64,000 nucleotides of DNA, from NCBI GenBank assembly GCA_009914755.4, contig CP086569.2, positions 16,256,001 through 16,320,000 of the forward strand, given 5' to 3'. Origin of the DNA: the human T2T-CHM13v2.0 reference genome, Homo sapiens. A program made the position numbers and the translations under genes. This document shows positions 30,825 to 42,630 of the stretch, in pieces. The notes beneath the pieces are model-generated. The model did no database searches. It was not told the DNA's origin and worked only from the letters and a program-made list of their open reading frames with translations. Every line of letters starts with the position of its first letter. Positions within the stretch are counted from its first letter, which is position 1.

Positions 30825-32269
30825 AAAAGAAAAATACTATATAATTCTTATTTGAGGTACTTAGAGTAGTAAAAAACTTAGAAATACAAAGTAGAATGAT
30901 GGTTGTCAGGAGCTGAGGGTAGGGGGAAATGGGGAGTTGTTCAATGAGCACAGAATTTCAGATTTGCAAGATGAAAAAGTTCTGGAAGTCCATTGTATAG
31001 CAATGTGAGCAGACCTAACACTACTGAACTGTACACTTAAAAATAGGTAAGATGGTAAATTTTAGTTTTTAGTTTTAAATTTTAAATTTTAGCATGTGTC
31101 TGTGTGTGTGTTTCCTACCACAATTAAATTTTTACATAGTAACTATATGGTTTGTGTTTCATCAAGACTTGATAGAGTAACTTCATGTGCAAATGGTGCA
31201 GAAAGACACTAGAGGCAGAGAATTGAGTATCATGGTTCTCATACCCATGCCTGAGATTCACAGACACTACCATTTGTAGCAGATGCAGACAGAGTGATTA
31301 TAAAGGGTGTGTGTTTGCATGTGTGTGCACGCTTCCCAAGAATAGTCAATCCACGTTCGGATGTATGTATAAATATAAATAACATAAATTTCAAAGGTAT
31401 ATATGCTTTATATTAATACAATTTTAAATCAAAGATTACTCACATAACTGCAATTTTTTTTCTCCCCTGGCAACAGGAATTCTTAAGACAGAGTATTCAT
31501 CCTGTTATCACAGAAGAATCTTCAAATAGTCTATTTTCTATCTGTAATCTAGACCATTCTTGAATAAGAGGCAATTGGAAAGCCCATTCTGATTGATGTC
31601 AGTTAACAAGCCTGAAGTGAACAATATTGTCTTTCCTTTCAGAATAAAACAGGATACAAATAAAGCAATGGCTGAAGGGGACACAAACACACAGGGTAAA
31701 AATGAATTGGGCTTTTTACTTTTTTTAAATTAAGTTTCTTTAGGGAGATTTAGCTGCTTATCAATTTGCTAAGTTTGAATAGTTGCTGAAATATTAATCC
31801 TATATCAGATTTTGAAAAGAAAAATGCTAAACCATCTATTAAGTTAAACTTTGAAGCCATTCTGTCATTAACATAACTTTATAGATACCAATATAAACAA
31901 TGCTCAAATGTTTTTGGAACTCAGAAATAACTGAAACTAATGCATATTATTTTAATAAGACTTTAAAGAGAAAATTGAATCACAGCATCAGCCAAACTCT
32001 TTCAGGAGCACCAAGAAGAGGCTTAGTTTTGAGACTGAGGAAAAGAGGACAAACTATGTATGCCCTGCACTACTCTTTAAAGTTGAGTTACAAATCTGAT
32101 TGCTAATATTCCCAAACCATCCTGCAAACAGCAAGGCAATCGCACCTGGTGTGAGCACAGCTGTGGGGAACACTTCCCCTTAACTTCCTTTGGTTTTCTT
32201 CCATCAGCTCCTCTTTGGACATCGGGAGCTGCAAGATGGGTATCTGTGCTGCCTCTAATGCAATCTTAC

Positions 32270-32359
32270 CCATAACCAGGGACTTTATATCCCAGCTGTA
32301 TTTCTCATCATAGTGATCACATATTTCTTCAAACACCACTGAGTACAGCCATTCAGTAT
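32270..32359 (-). CDS. Candidate internal coding exon (90 nt), host gene not identified
   Basis: Minus strand: strong acceptor tctctgtctttgtgtctttatttttctgcag|ATACTGAATGG... and donor ...CTGGTTATGG|gtaagattg. 90 nt (phase-symmetric), open: (D)[29 protein letters not shown](G). Non-repetitive sequence. Confidence 0.3.
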
Positions 32360-34065
32360 CTGCAGAAAAATAAAGACACAAAGACAGAGATTTTTAGAGT
32401 GCATATAAGAGTAAGTTTGTATCAAGTCAGCAAAAACACACTGTGTAGGTAGCATCCTATGAACAGAGGTTTTCATGGTGACCTAAGTGAACAGGAGAAA
32501 GGTTTGCAGGTCATTCTCACTAAATTATACTGTGGGCATCCTCCTCTCAAGGCTGCTGGAATTATGTCTGGAGTTGTGATCTGCAAATGTGGAACTCAGG
32601 AGAGAAATGAAATCTGTATTATTGTGTTTTCTGTTCAAATGTACATATTTAATCTAAATATGTCCTTGGAATGGTCAATTCCATCTGATAGCACAAGGCA
32701 TCATTACTTGGTGTTCCCAACAACATGGAAACCACCATCAACTGACAAAGTCCACTGTATGGCCCAGTAGTATTAAGGACATTTCCACTGCCCAGTGGAA
32801 TGAGTCCCCACCATGTCTGGCCAGGATGCTGCTGTGAAGCTCCCAGGTGAGAGCAGAATATTTAGGATGGTGAAAGCTGACCTGAGAATTAACTCCCGGC
32901 TCGGCACTTACTTGAAGCACAGCCTCAGAAACACAGTAGAACTGCAGGTGACTCCTTCCCTCATGTTTACACAAGGTGGACAGGAATACTGCTAATAATA
33001 ACACCAGTACCACTAATATAGGCTACATTACACTACATACAATATAATAACTAGTACTAGCTCACACCCATTTCTATTCATGTGTTTTTTCTGTATGTAT
33101 ATTTAATATATACATAGTATCAATTGCACTCATATTACCAATAAGAATACTACTGAGGATGCTACTACAGTGAAATAATCCTACTTTACAGAATTAATAC
33201 TTCAGGGCACATAAGTAACATTCTAGTGCCAGCCTGCTAGGGCATACTTGTTACACACTAGCTGTCTTCCCCACTCTTACTGTCTCCAGTGTGGGCCTAG
33301 AAAGATTACTTTACTGAAGAACCAACTAACTGACCTGCTAGGAGGCATTATGCCAAAAAAATAAAATAAAAAGAAAAAGAAATACTTTAACACAGAGGAA
33401 TGTCTACCAAGTGGAATTTCAAAACCAGGTAAGCTCCATGGAGCTGAGTGTTGCCTGGTGACAATCCCCCCAAGACCCCAGTGAAGGCAGAAGGCTGTCC
33501 TGAGGCTTGGGCAGAGCCCTTGTCTTCTAGTCTGTGGTGGCACAGAGGCAGTCCCTGAACCTGAGAGGCTGGGAATAGTCCTGTTTACACCTGATTTAAA
33601 AAGAAGACACACAGATGCATCTGACAAAAATCTGAATTCAAATTCAGTTAGAAGACTGGCCACCTGTCCTAGATTTAGCACGGAAACCTTCCCATGGGGT
33701 GTGGAGCAGCATTAGCAGGATGTAGTCTACCCTGAATCTGTACAGCTGTACCCAACAAGACCTGAAAAGAGCAGGTGATCTCAATGGCCTTTAACTGTCC
33801 CACAATGACAGAAACAAATATAATAATCATCCCTAAATACTACTTTTTTTTCCCCATAAGATAGTATCTGGGAGACATAGGACACACTGAGGGAAGTAAT
33901 GTGTATGCACAGAGAAGGCTGTGTGTATCCAAGAGGCATATAAGTCTTCCTACTCCTGTGTATGTTCACATGCTTACATGCACATAGGCATGCATGCTTG
34001 TCTCTAATTGCTTCAACACATTTTGAAAGTTGGCAGGGTATGAATAGCTATTAAAAGAGTTATGG

Positions 34066-34350
34066 GCTAGGTGGGGTGGCTCATGTCTATAATCACAGTA
34101 CTTTCATAGGCTGAGGCAGATGGATTGACTGAGCTCAGTAGCATAAGACCAGCCTGGGCAACATAGCAAAACCCTGTCTGTGTTAAAAATATAAAAAAAC
34201 TAGCTGGACTGCTGGCACATGTTGGTAATCCCAGCTACTCAGGAGGCTGAGGCAGGAGAATCACTTGAACCTAGGAGGTTGCAGTGAGCTGAGATCATGC
34301 CATTGCACTTCAGCCTAGGTGACAGAGTGAGATTCTTTTAGAAGAAAAAA
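34066..34350 (+). mobile_element. Alu (diverged)
   Basis: gggctaggtggggtggctcatgtctataatcacagtactttcataggctgaggcagatggattgactgagctcagtagcataagaccagcctgggcaacatagcaaaaccctgtct ... gcagtgagctgagatcatgccattgcacttcagcctaggtgacagagtgagattc + A-rich tail. Confidence 0.85.
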
Positions 34351-35217
34351 AAAAGTTATGGCAGGTTTTAATTCCAAAATATCTGCTACTCTCAGAAAAG
34401 CATGCAGAGGGCTGCCTGCCGGGCAGTGTGGGATTCACTGTGTCAGGCATGGAGGAGGCCGGGAAGGTCTCTTGTCAGCCCTCCCACAATGGTAGGGCTA
34501 CCTGTGCTTTGTCTCCTGCATCTTTCTCACAGGAAGTGATGGTCATCTGTATAGACACATGGCCTGGGCAGGCAACGATATCCACCACCTATTTACAAAA
34601 TTCCTGAATGTACCAAGAGCAGAGTGCTGCTGTCTCAAGAAAGACATTTCTCATGTGGCCCTGTACCCTGTCACTTCAACAGCATCCAAACTGTATCTCT
34701 TGGCAGCTCCTGTAGTATTTTTCTAGGGCTCTTGCCACCTTGTACTCAGAGGTCTGGGCTTGTTGATTGCTCTGACTGTCACGGTGTGGACTTTGCCTCT
34801 GTGTGTGCTTCTCTCCTTGTCCCAGGGCTCACCGCACTTGCCTAGTGAACCAGCTCTTCCTCCTTGGGATGGGGCTGAGGCTGAGCCCAGTCTGCCCTGT
34901 GGACAGTGAGAGGCTGGTTGTTGTGGACAGGTCTCTTCCTTGGGCTTTTTGGTGTCCACTGCCCTGCACTCCCCATCCTCCTTCCTCCTCCTGAGCACTG
35001 ACCCCTTCTGTGGCCCTCTTTCCTGGGCTCTTTGCCTCTTTATGGATACCCTGGCTTTGACTGCTACCAGCAACAAGAAGAGCCCTCCTCCATTCTTTCT
35101 CTGCTTTTCTTGGCAAATTCACCCATAGCTGCATGCCAGGTGCCACTTCATTGTCAGCCTGTAATATTTTTCTCCTTGCTTTTCTACCACAACTGTATTT
35201 TATTGTTTGTAGATATA

Positions 35218-35328
35218 GGAGCCATGACCTTTGGCTTAGGCTGGTCTCAAACTCGTGGGCTCAATTGATCCTCCAAAATAGGTCTCCCAGTGTTGGGATG
35301 AGGGCATGAGCCACCATGGCTGGCCTTG
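35218..35328 (-). mobile_element. Alu left-arm fragment
   Basis: ...ggctggtctcaaactcgtgggctcaattgatcctccaaaataggtctcccagtgttgggatgagggcatgagccaccatggctggcc. Confidence 0.6.
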
Positions 35329-36271
35329 AGCTGTATTTTATTAAGATTACTGTAAAACACACCAAACCTCAGAATCTCCACCATTCTGGATATTGGAGAT
35401 TGAGAAGGCCTGCTCCCTGAACTTTTCCTCACAATTTAGATAAAATCATCCTAAATTCATGGAATAATCAAGGATCTAAACAAGTAATTAAACTCCTCAG
35501 ATCAAATGATGACTACAGCCATTGATGATGGCACACTTAAAGGGACAGCGTTGTGAAAGGAAAAATGCTGAAATAAAATAAAGGAGGATAAAACAATTGC
35601 ACCAGCCATCAGATGTATATTCTTCCCTGCTTATTAACAAGCTTGCAGCTTTAACATTGCTTCAGTGTCCTTTTTGTCAGGAAAGGTCATATTGTTTTTA
35701 ACATGCTAGGGCCACATACACTACTACCCTCCTTAGGTGAGTTAGAAAATATCCCTTGTGACTGTGACCACTCCCCTCCTCCCAGCTGCAATCTGTGTGG
35801 CATGTTGAGAGCAGCTTCTGCAGCAGCTGCAAGGGCAACATGGGGAGGAGAGGGAAGCTCTGAAGAAGCTGCAGGCTGCCCCAGGCTGGTGGATGTTTTC
35901 AGCCTTAGAGGCAGTCAGAGTTCCCAGGGGGTTCATGGGAGGCATTGTGGGTTAAATTAATTCAATTGTTATGGAAAGGCTGGGCCTGGAGGAAGCCTAG
36001 GCCAATGGCCTACAAGTTTCTAAGGCGAAGGTTGGGTAATTGCAACAAAACAACTAACATCTCTTATAATTGGAAATGTACTTTAAATGCTTGCTAAGTC
36101 TACCCTGAGGCACAGTGGTCAATGTTTTACCCAATAAAGATATAAGATCCTGCTCTCAGGAAGCTGTATCTGCTTACCATGCAAATGGGTACCTATCTTC
36201 AATTTTGTAACTCTGAGTTGAGTTATTTAAGGGGAAAACACTTTAAGCCAACTGTCATTAAAGCATATATC

Positions 36272-36625
36272 TGGTGATACAGTTTGGCTGTGTCCCCACA
36301 TAAATCTCATCTCAAATTGTAATCCCCATGTGTGGAGGGAGGGAGGTGATTGGATCATTGGGGTGGTTTCCGCCATGCTGTTCTCATGATAGTGAGTTCT
36401 CACAATAACTTATGGTTTTATAAGTGTTTGCAAGTTCCCCCTTCCCCCTCTTTCTCCTGCTGCCTTGCAAAAAAAGTGGCTGCTTCCCATTCTGCCATGA
36501 TTGTAAGTTTCCTGAGGCCTCCCCAGCCATGTGGAACTGTGACTCTATTAAACCTCCTTCCCCTATAGAGTACCCAGTCTCAGGGAAGTTGTTTATAGCA
36601 GTGTGAGAATGAACTAACATTAATA
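36272..36625 (+). mobile_element. MaLR LTR, THE1/MST-like (solo LTR)
   Basis: tgatacagtttggctgtgtccccacataaatctcatctcaaattgtaatccccatgtgtggagggagggaggtgattggatcattggggtggtttcc...ccatgattgtaagtttcctgaggcctccccagccatgtggaactgtgactctattaaacctcc...agcagtgtgagaatgaactaacat. Confidence 0.85.
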
Positions 36626-37023
36626 CATATGGGAAGGCCTGATTTTCCTCCTACCCCTATGTTCATACAAGACTTAGGTCTTTGGTAACCCAGGAGACCA
36701 GCAGAAAACTCTCAGCTCAGCTGCACACCCTGGGACAAGTTTGTTAGCCTGTCTGACCTACAGTGTCTGTTGGAGAAATGTATTTAATAAATAGCTGCTG
36801 GTCTGGAGAGGGGGGTAGCCTTAAACCTGGTGGGGGCGGGGGGTGAGATGCTCTAGGTGTGGGAGGTGGCAGGCAGCCCAAGGAATGAAGCCAGGCCCTC
36901 TAAAGCCCAGTGGCCTTACAGGAAATCCCAGCTCTGCAGCTTTCTAGCCAGAAACTTTGTAAGCTAGCAGCCCTGGGTAAAGCAACTATAAAATGAGGAT
37001 CCTAGTCATACTGCATGTCTTAT

Positions 37024-37627
37024 TGTGTCTGGAATTGGTGGGTTCTTGGTCTCACTGACTTCAAGAATGAAGCCACGGACACTTCCGGTGAGTGTTACAG
37101 TTCTTAAAGATGATGTGTCCGGAGTTGTTTGCTTCTGATATTTGGACCTGTCCAGAGTTTCTTCCTTCTGGTGTTTCATGGTCTCACTGACTTCAGGAGT
37201 GAAGCTGCAGACCTTCACAGTGAGTGTTACGGCTCCTAAAACAGCTCTTAAAGGCAGCACATGGACCAAAAGAGTCAGCAGCAGTGAGATTTATTGTGAA
37301 GAGTGAAAGAAAAAAGCTTCCACAGCATGGAAGTGGACCCCAGTGGGTTGCTGCTGCTGGCTCAGTTGGCCTGCTTTTATTCCCTTATCTGGCCACCACC
37401 ACCTCCTCCTGATTGGTCCATTTTACAGAGAGCTGACTGGTCCATTTTACAGAGAACTGATTGGTCCATTTTGACAGAGTGCTTATTGGTGTATTTACAA
37501 ACCTTTAGCTAGACACAGAGTTCTGATTGGTGCATTTATAATCCATTAGCTAGACAGACAATTTCTCCAAGTCTCCACTTGACCCAGAAGCACAGCCAGC
37601 TTCACCTCTCAATCACCCCTCTAAACA
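37024..37627 (-). mobile_element. ERV9 3' LTR (LTR12), 604 bp
   Basis: Minus strand starts tgtttagaggggtgattgagaggtgaagctggctgtgcttctgggtcaagtggag... and ends ...ccaccaattccagacaca (plus-strand 37024 tgtgtctggaattggtgg). Confidence 0.85.
37395..37560 (-). promoter_or_regulatory. LTR12 U3 tandem sub-repeats with CCAAT motifs (ATTGG on plus strand) in 3' LTR
   Basis: Repeated ctgattggtccattttacagaga.ctga... units. The ERV9 LTR U3 repeats are the known NF-Y/GATA-binding enhancer-promoter module. Confidence 0.5.
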
Positions 37628-38100
37628 GGACACCACGACTGCTGTTGGGAATTTGGCCAACGACCACTCTAGCTACTTCCGGCTGGATGGGGGTGAAGAA
37701 GGGGTCCAGTGGGTTGGTAGAAGTTGTTAGTTAAACTCATTTGGGGTTTCATTTGTAAGGCCATCTGAAGCTTGATGGCCTCAATTCTAGAGGAAACAAA
37801 TTTGACAAGAGGGTTAAAAATACAGGGCCCAAAGGCTAGTAACAACAAGATGGCTGCCACAGGACATAGAAAGGGGAGAAGCCATGTTGCCCAACTCCAG
37901 AGGTTGGTATAAGAGTTTGAAAGGCATTGTCTAATTTCAGAAGACATTTCCTGTAAATGCCAGGTGGCATCTCATACTATCCCTGACTGGTTAGTGTAAA
38001 AACAACTCTCTTCCCCTAAGAAGGTGCAGAGTACTCCTTTCTCAGCAGTGAGGAGGTCTAGGCCTTGGTGCTTTTGGAGAGGCACTGATGCAGAAGACTC
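37628..38100 (-). pseudogene. ERV9 env TM remnant (immunosuppressive-domain region to C-terminus), one in-frame stop
   Basis: Minus-strand translation: [52 protein letters not shown]...LLLLAFGPCIFNPLVKFVSSRIEAIKLQMALQMKPQM...PAGSS*. ISD-like [14 protein letters not shown] and CX6(C)C region, membrane-spanning LLLLAFGPCIFN, tail as in HERV-W/ERV9 env. Confidence 0.75.
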
Positions 38101-38744
38101 TATTTGGGATTGTAGTTACTATCCTTACTGGATAGATTTTGTTATTTCTTGCAGACTGAGAAATCCTTTGAGAATGTGGTAGTAAGATAATGCATGTTAC
38201 ATTATTCATTTTTAGCAAATTTTACTTTAGTAGAAAACTTTGTAAGTTTGGGATTTTAATTTTTCTTTGCTATTAAAAAAACCTCATTCAGTCCATATTA
38301 ACTAAGAATTGGTATAGATGGCTCCGTCCTGATTCTGTAAGTACTTTAAGGTTTGGCTGAGTGCAAACAGCTAGCGCATTTGAGCAGACCAATTATTAGG
38401 CAATTTTCCTAACTCTGCTTCTATAAGAGTTTCCTTATCATTTACTCAATACCCATTGTGACTTTTTCCTTGATCACCTAGGAGGAACCATCTATCATCC
38501 AGTCCTGAAGGGAGTTCCTCCTATGTCTGGCCGGACCTCCAGATTTAGATCCCCTATTAGGAAATCTGCTGGGTTACGGATTTTTTATAGGAAGGGTACA
38601 GGTTGTCAGTGGCCTTAGTGCTTTCAGGCTATGCCCTTGTTTACACTGACAACAAAGTAGTTTTGGAGTGTTACAGAGTTACAGAGAAGACCTTCGATTA
38701 TCAATTATAGGTTTTAAATTCAGCTTGGCTTTTAAAGTAATAGG

Positions 38745-38950
38745 GTGCACTATTATTTTCTTTACTATTTCCATTTCTCTTTCTTTCTCTTTGACTTTCT
38801 GTCTCTCTCTGACTCCTTTTTCTCTGTCTCTTCCTCTCTCTCTGTGTCTTTGTTTCTGCCTCTCTCTCTCTCTTTCTTTCTCTTTCTCTGTTTCCTTCTG
38901 CCTTTGACTTTGTCTCTCTCTTTCTCTCTGTTGTTCTTTCCCTGTCACTG
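38745..38950. repeat. (CT)n / TC-rich simple repeat inside the provirus
   Basis: ~200 bp of ctctct/tttctc. Gives the SLSLS.. (plus) and RERERE.. (minus) ORFs in the track. Confidence 0.85.
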
Positions 38951-39000
38951 CCAGCCATTTACACTGCTGTTCTCCCTTCTCCTTCCCCTTTTTGATAGCT

Positions 39001-41250
39001 TCAGCAGTGTAAGACTGCCACCTCCTTGGGTTTTTGCACTATGTGCAATAACTCTATGATTTTCTTGTGGTATTTAGTAGCGGTTCCCCCAGAGGTTAGG
39101 GACTTTCTTTCTTTCCATATTGCAGCATGGGCACATAGGATTAGATAAGCATACTTGCTATCTGTATACACATTTATTCTTCTTCCATTTCCCAGTTCTA
39201 AGGCTCGGATAAGTACCATTAGTTCTGTTAACTGCATGCTGGTCCTTGGGGGAAGAGGCTTACTTTCAAGTACAGTTACATCACTAACTATGGCATAACC
39301 TGTCTTTCATGTCCCATTCTCCACAAATGAACTTCCATTGATATATAGGTTAAGGTCAGGATTAGCTAAGGGGACTTCTAAGAGACTATTTTGAGCGGCA
39401 TAAATCTGGACTATATTTTGTTGGCAGTCATGCTCGATTGGTTCGCCAGCCTCTGGGAGAAAAGTGGCAGGGTTGAGGGCCACACATATACATATTTGAA
39501 GCACCAGTCCCTCAAGGAGTAGCACCTGTTATCTAAGCAGGCAGTTGTCTGATAGCCATAAACTTCCTTTGGCACCTAGTAAACCATTTTCATCATGAGT
39601 AGTTCAGACAGTGAGATCCTTTCCTTGTGTTATTTTGATAGCCTCTGACACTAAGACAACCACCAACACAACTATCCTTAAACAGTGAGGCCAGCCTTTT
39701 GCTACTAAATCAATTTCCTTACTCAAGTATGCCACTGGTTGTGGGGTTGTCCCAGGAGTCTGAGTAAGGACTCCAAGAGCTATCCCTGCTCCCTCTCTGA
39801 CATATAGAGAGAAGCTTTGTCTTATGGGAAGGCTTAAAGTTGGAGCAGGTACTAGGGCCTGCTTTAAGGTTTTGAAGGCTGTTTCTGCCCCTGGTTCCCA
39901 TTCTACTAGTTGAGTATTTGCCCATTGGGTCTCCTTGATTAGAGTATAGAGGGGTCTGCTTATCTCGCTGTATCCAGGGATCCATAGTTGGCAAAACCCA
40001 GTGATTCCAAAGAATCCCCACAGCTGTTTAATATCTCTGGGCAAGGATAAGCCAGTATAGACTGTATTCACTCCTTGCTGAGAGCCTTGGTTCCTCTGGC
40101 TAAGATTAGGCCTAGATATTTTGCCTGTCACAAGCAAAGCTGGGCCTTCAACCTAGATGTCTTGTACCCTTGATTAGCTAAAAAGTCCAAGAGCTCTAGA
40201 GTAGCCTGCTGGCATGGAGCTTCTGAAATGGCAGCCAAAAGTAAATCATCCACATATTGATGTACCAGAGTTCCTAGACTTGAGAAGTGGCATAGATCTT
40301 GGGCCAGTGTCTGACCAAACAGGTGAGACCTGTCCCTAAACCCTTGGGGCAAGACTGTCCACGTAATTTGGGATGTGTGGTATGTGAGATCCTCAAAGGC
40401 AAAGAGAAACTGGGAGTCGGAGTGTGGGGGAATACAGAAGAAGGCATCCTTGAGCTCCAGAACAGTGAACCATTATGCTTCCTCAGGTATTTGAGAGAGC
40501 AGGATATAGGGGTTCGATACACCTGGATATGGAGGAATTAGTACCTCATTGATGAGTCTAAGATGTTGCACTAGTCTCCATTGACCATTCGGTCCTTGTA
40601 CTCCAAGAATTGGGGTGTCACCAGGACTGCTGCATTTCCTTACTAAGACTTGAGCTTTTAAATGTTTAACAATATCCTGGAATCCTTTATGAACTTCAGG
40701 CCTTAAGGGATACTGCCTTTGATAAGGAAAACTGATGGGATATTTTAGCCTGATTTGACTGTGTAGGCATTTTTTGCCCTTCCAAATTGTCCTTCCAATA
40801 CCCAGAATTCAGGGTTGATTCCCTCCTCAAGTAGGGGACAACAAATGGGTAAATTGCTCCCCATATTCATGTAAATAATAGCTCCATGTTTGACTAATAT
40901 GTCTCTCCCTAATAAGGGTGTGGGACTTTCAGGCATAACAAGAAAGGCATGTGAAGAGAGTAAAGTCTCCCAATTAAAACTGAGGAGGTGAGAGAAATAC
41001 CTGGTTACAGGCTGTCTCAGGATTCCTCAGATTGTAACGGATCTTGACAGGAGATTAGCACTGAGAAGGCTGTGCCAGTGTCAAGGAGGAAGTAAATTTC
41101 CTGGCCCTCAGTGGTTCAGTGTACCTGGGGCTCAGTGAGGGTCATGACATGAGCTGTTGCTTGCCCTGGACACCCTCAGTCCTGTTGTTGGATCATCTGG
41201 TTGGGAGCTTCTGACCCAGAGAACCTTTGTCTTCTGGGGCAGTGCACCTT
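39001..41250 (-). pseudogene. ERV9 pro-pol remnant (protease C-term, RT with YVDDLLLA, RNase H), frameshifted
   Basis: ORF pieces ...LLGRDILVKHGAIIYMN (PR end); ...LVHQYVDDLLLAAISEAPCQQATLELLDFLANQGYK; ...FGITGFCQLWIPGYSEISRPLYTLIKETQWANTQLVEWEPGAETAFKTLKQALVPAPTLSLP...PVAYLSKEIDLVAKGWPHCLRIV (gamma-like RT); ...LTELMVLIRALELGNGRRINVYTDSKYAYLILCAHAAIWKERKSLTSGG (RNase H). Confidence 0.85.
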
Positions 41251-42630
41251 CCAGTGATTGCCTTGGCATAACAGACATGGATGAGGGGGCAGCTTATTTC
41301 TCACTGGACAATCTTTTAAAGTGTACTTGTAAACCACACAGATAACAAGCCCTATCAGGTGATTGGCCTACTCCATTTTCTGTCCTCTCTGAACCACCAA
41401 GTTTGGTTGTCTGAGGGCCATGACTAAGGCTGTGGTCTTTCTCTGATCTTGCTTTTCCATTTGGGCCTGTTTCTCTTGGTCCCTATTATAAAACACCAAG
41501 GTTGCCAAGTTTAATAATGCCTCCAGATTTTGTTCAGGGCTCAGGGCTTGCTTTTCAAGCTTTCTCCTGATATCTGTGGCTCACTGGGTAATAAACTTAT
41601 CTTTTAGAATCAATTGACACTCAAGTGATTCAGGTGACAGGGGAGTATATTTTCTTAAGGCATCCTGTAGCCACTTGAGGAAGGGAGAAGGATTTTCTTC
41701 CTTTCTCTGAGTTATGGTGGACATCATTGAATAATTCATGGGCTTTTTTCTAATTCTCCTTAGTCCTTCTAGAACACAGGTCAACAGATGTTTACAACTC
41801 CAGGCCCCATGATCTGAGGCAAGTTCACAGTGGGGATCTATACTGGAGATGGCTTGCTGACTGGTAGGGAATTTGTCCCTTTCTTCAGCTGTCATTCTAT
41901 CATTCACTTGACTATGATACCATGTATCCCCAAACTCTCAGGCTGCAGCTAAAGCTGCATTCTTTTCATTAAAGGCCAGGGTTTGATCTAACAATAACAT
42001 GACATCTCTCCAAGTGAGATTGAAGGCTTGCCCTGGACCCTGTAGGACATCTATGTACCTATCAGGATCATCTGCAAACTTCCCCAGGTCTGCCCTTATC
42101 TGCTTTAAATCAGAGAGAGAGAAAGGCACATGTACCCAGGTTGGGCCAAATTCTCATCCCCCTGTAACTTAAAGGGGACAGAACAGATAGCCCAGGGAGT
42201 TTTGTGGTCCTTTGGATATTTCTTTGCTTATTTCCTTCTGGGAAGGGGAGATTAGAGGAGAATTATCATTAATAGGAAGGGGTGCTATAGGGAGGCTAGG
42301 ATATAGGGGTAAGCCGAGAGGTCCTCCTGTGGGATGTAAATTGCAAGCTTAGCATAGTTGTAGATTCTCCTTCAGTGAAAAGAGCTTGGACATAAAGTAT
42401 TTCACTCCAATTGCCTTCCCTCTTACAGAAAATGTCAAGCTGCAGGATAGTATTGTAATTTATACTTCCCTCAGGTGGCCATTTTTCCCCATCAGAGAGA
42501 GAATATTGGGGCCAGGCCATAGTGCAGAAAAAAATGAGCCACCTCTTTTTCAGGGTTTCTGGGTCAATTGGTCCCAATGGCTTAGAAGGCATATCAAAAG
42601 TGAGCCTGTTGATTTCTGAGTGTTTCCCAT
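41250..42630 (-). pseudogene. ERV9 gag remnant (MA-p12-CA), frameshifted; ATG at 42630
   Basis: [24 protein letters not shown]...; ...[59 protein letters not shown]; ...PFSLSDLKQIRADLGKFADDPDRYIDVLQGPGQAFNLTWRDVMLLLDQTL; ...HKHLLTCVLEGLRRIRKKPMNYSMMSTITQRKEENPSPFLKWLQDALRKYTPLSPESLECQLILKDKFITQ. These closely resemble HERV-W/ERV9 gag. Confidence 0.85.

Larger units (their letters stand above)
27960..31125 (+). mobile_element. Ancient L1 (L1M/L1PB-like) 3' portion: ORF2 C-terminal half plus 3'UTR, carrying two Alu insertions
   Basis: Degenerate L1 ORF2 strings (...kspgpdg.tgefyqtfk-like 28290-28330; ...YHLTPIRM.TVKKS.N..CW.ECE-like 30060-30200). 3'UTR end ...cagacctaacactactgaactgtacacttaaaaataggtaagatggtaaattttag...ccacaattaaattttt. 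Confidence 0.7.

Noticed and set aside
34723-35146. Overlapping 105-117-aa ORFs on the minus strand with P/S/G/R-rich products
   Set aside because: They overlap each other and plus-strand ORFs in a GC-rich low-complexity block, and no recognisable domain or splice context is present. This is most likely non-coding.
38668-39059. Long ORFs encoding SLSLSL.../RERERE... low-complexity proteins on both strands
   Set aside because: They are artefacts of the (CT)n simple repeat.
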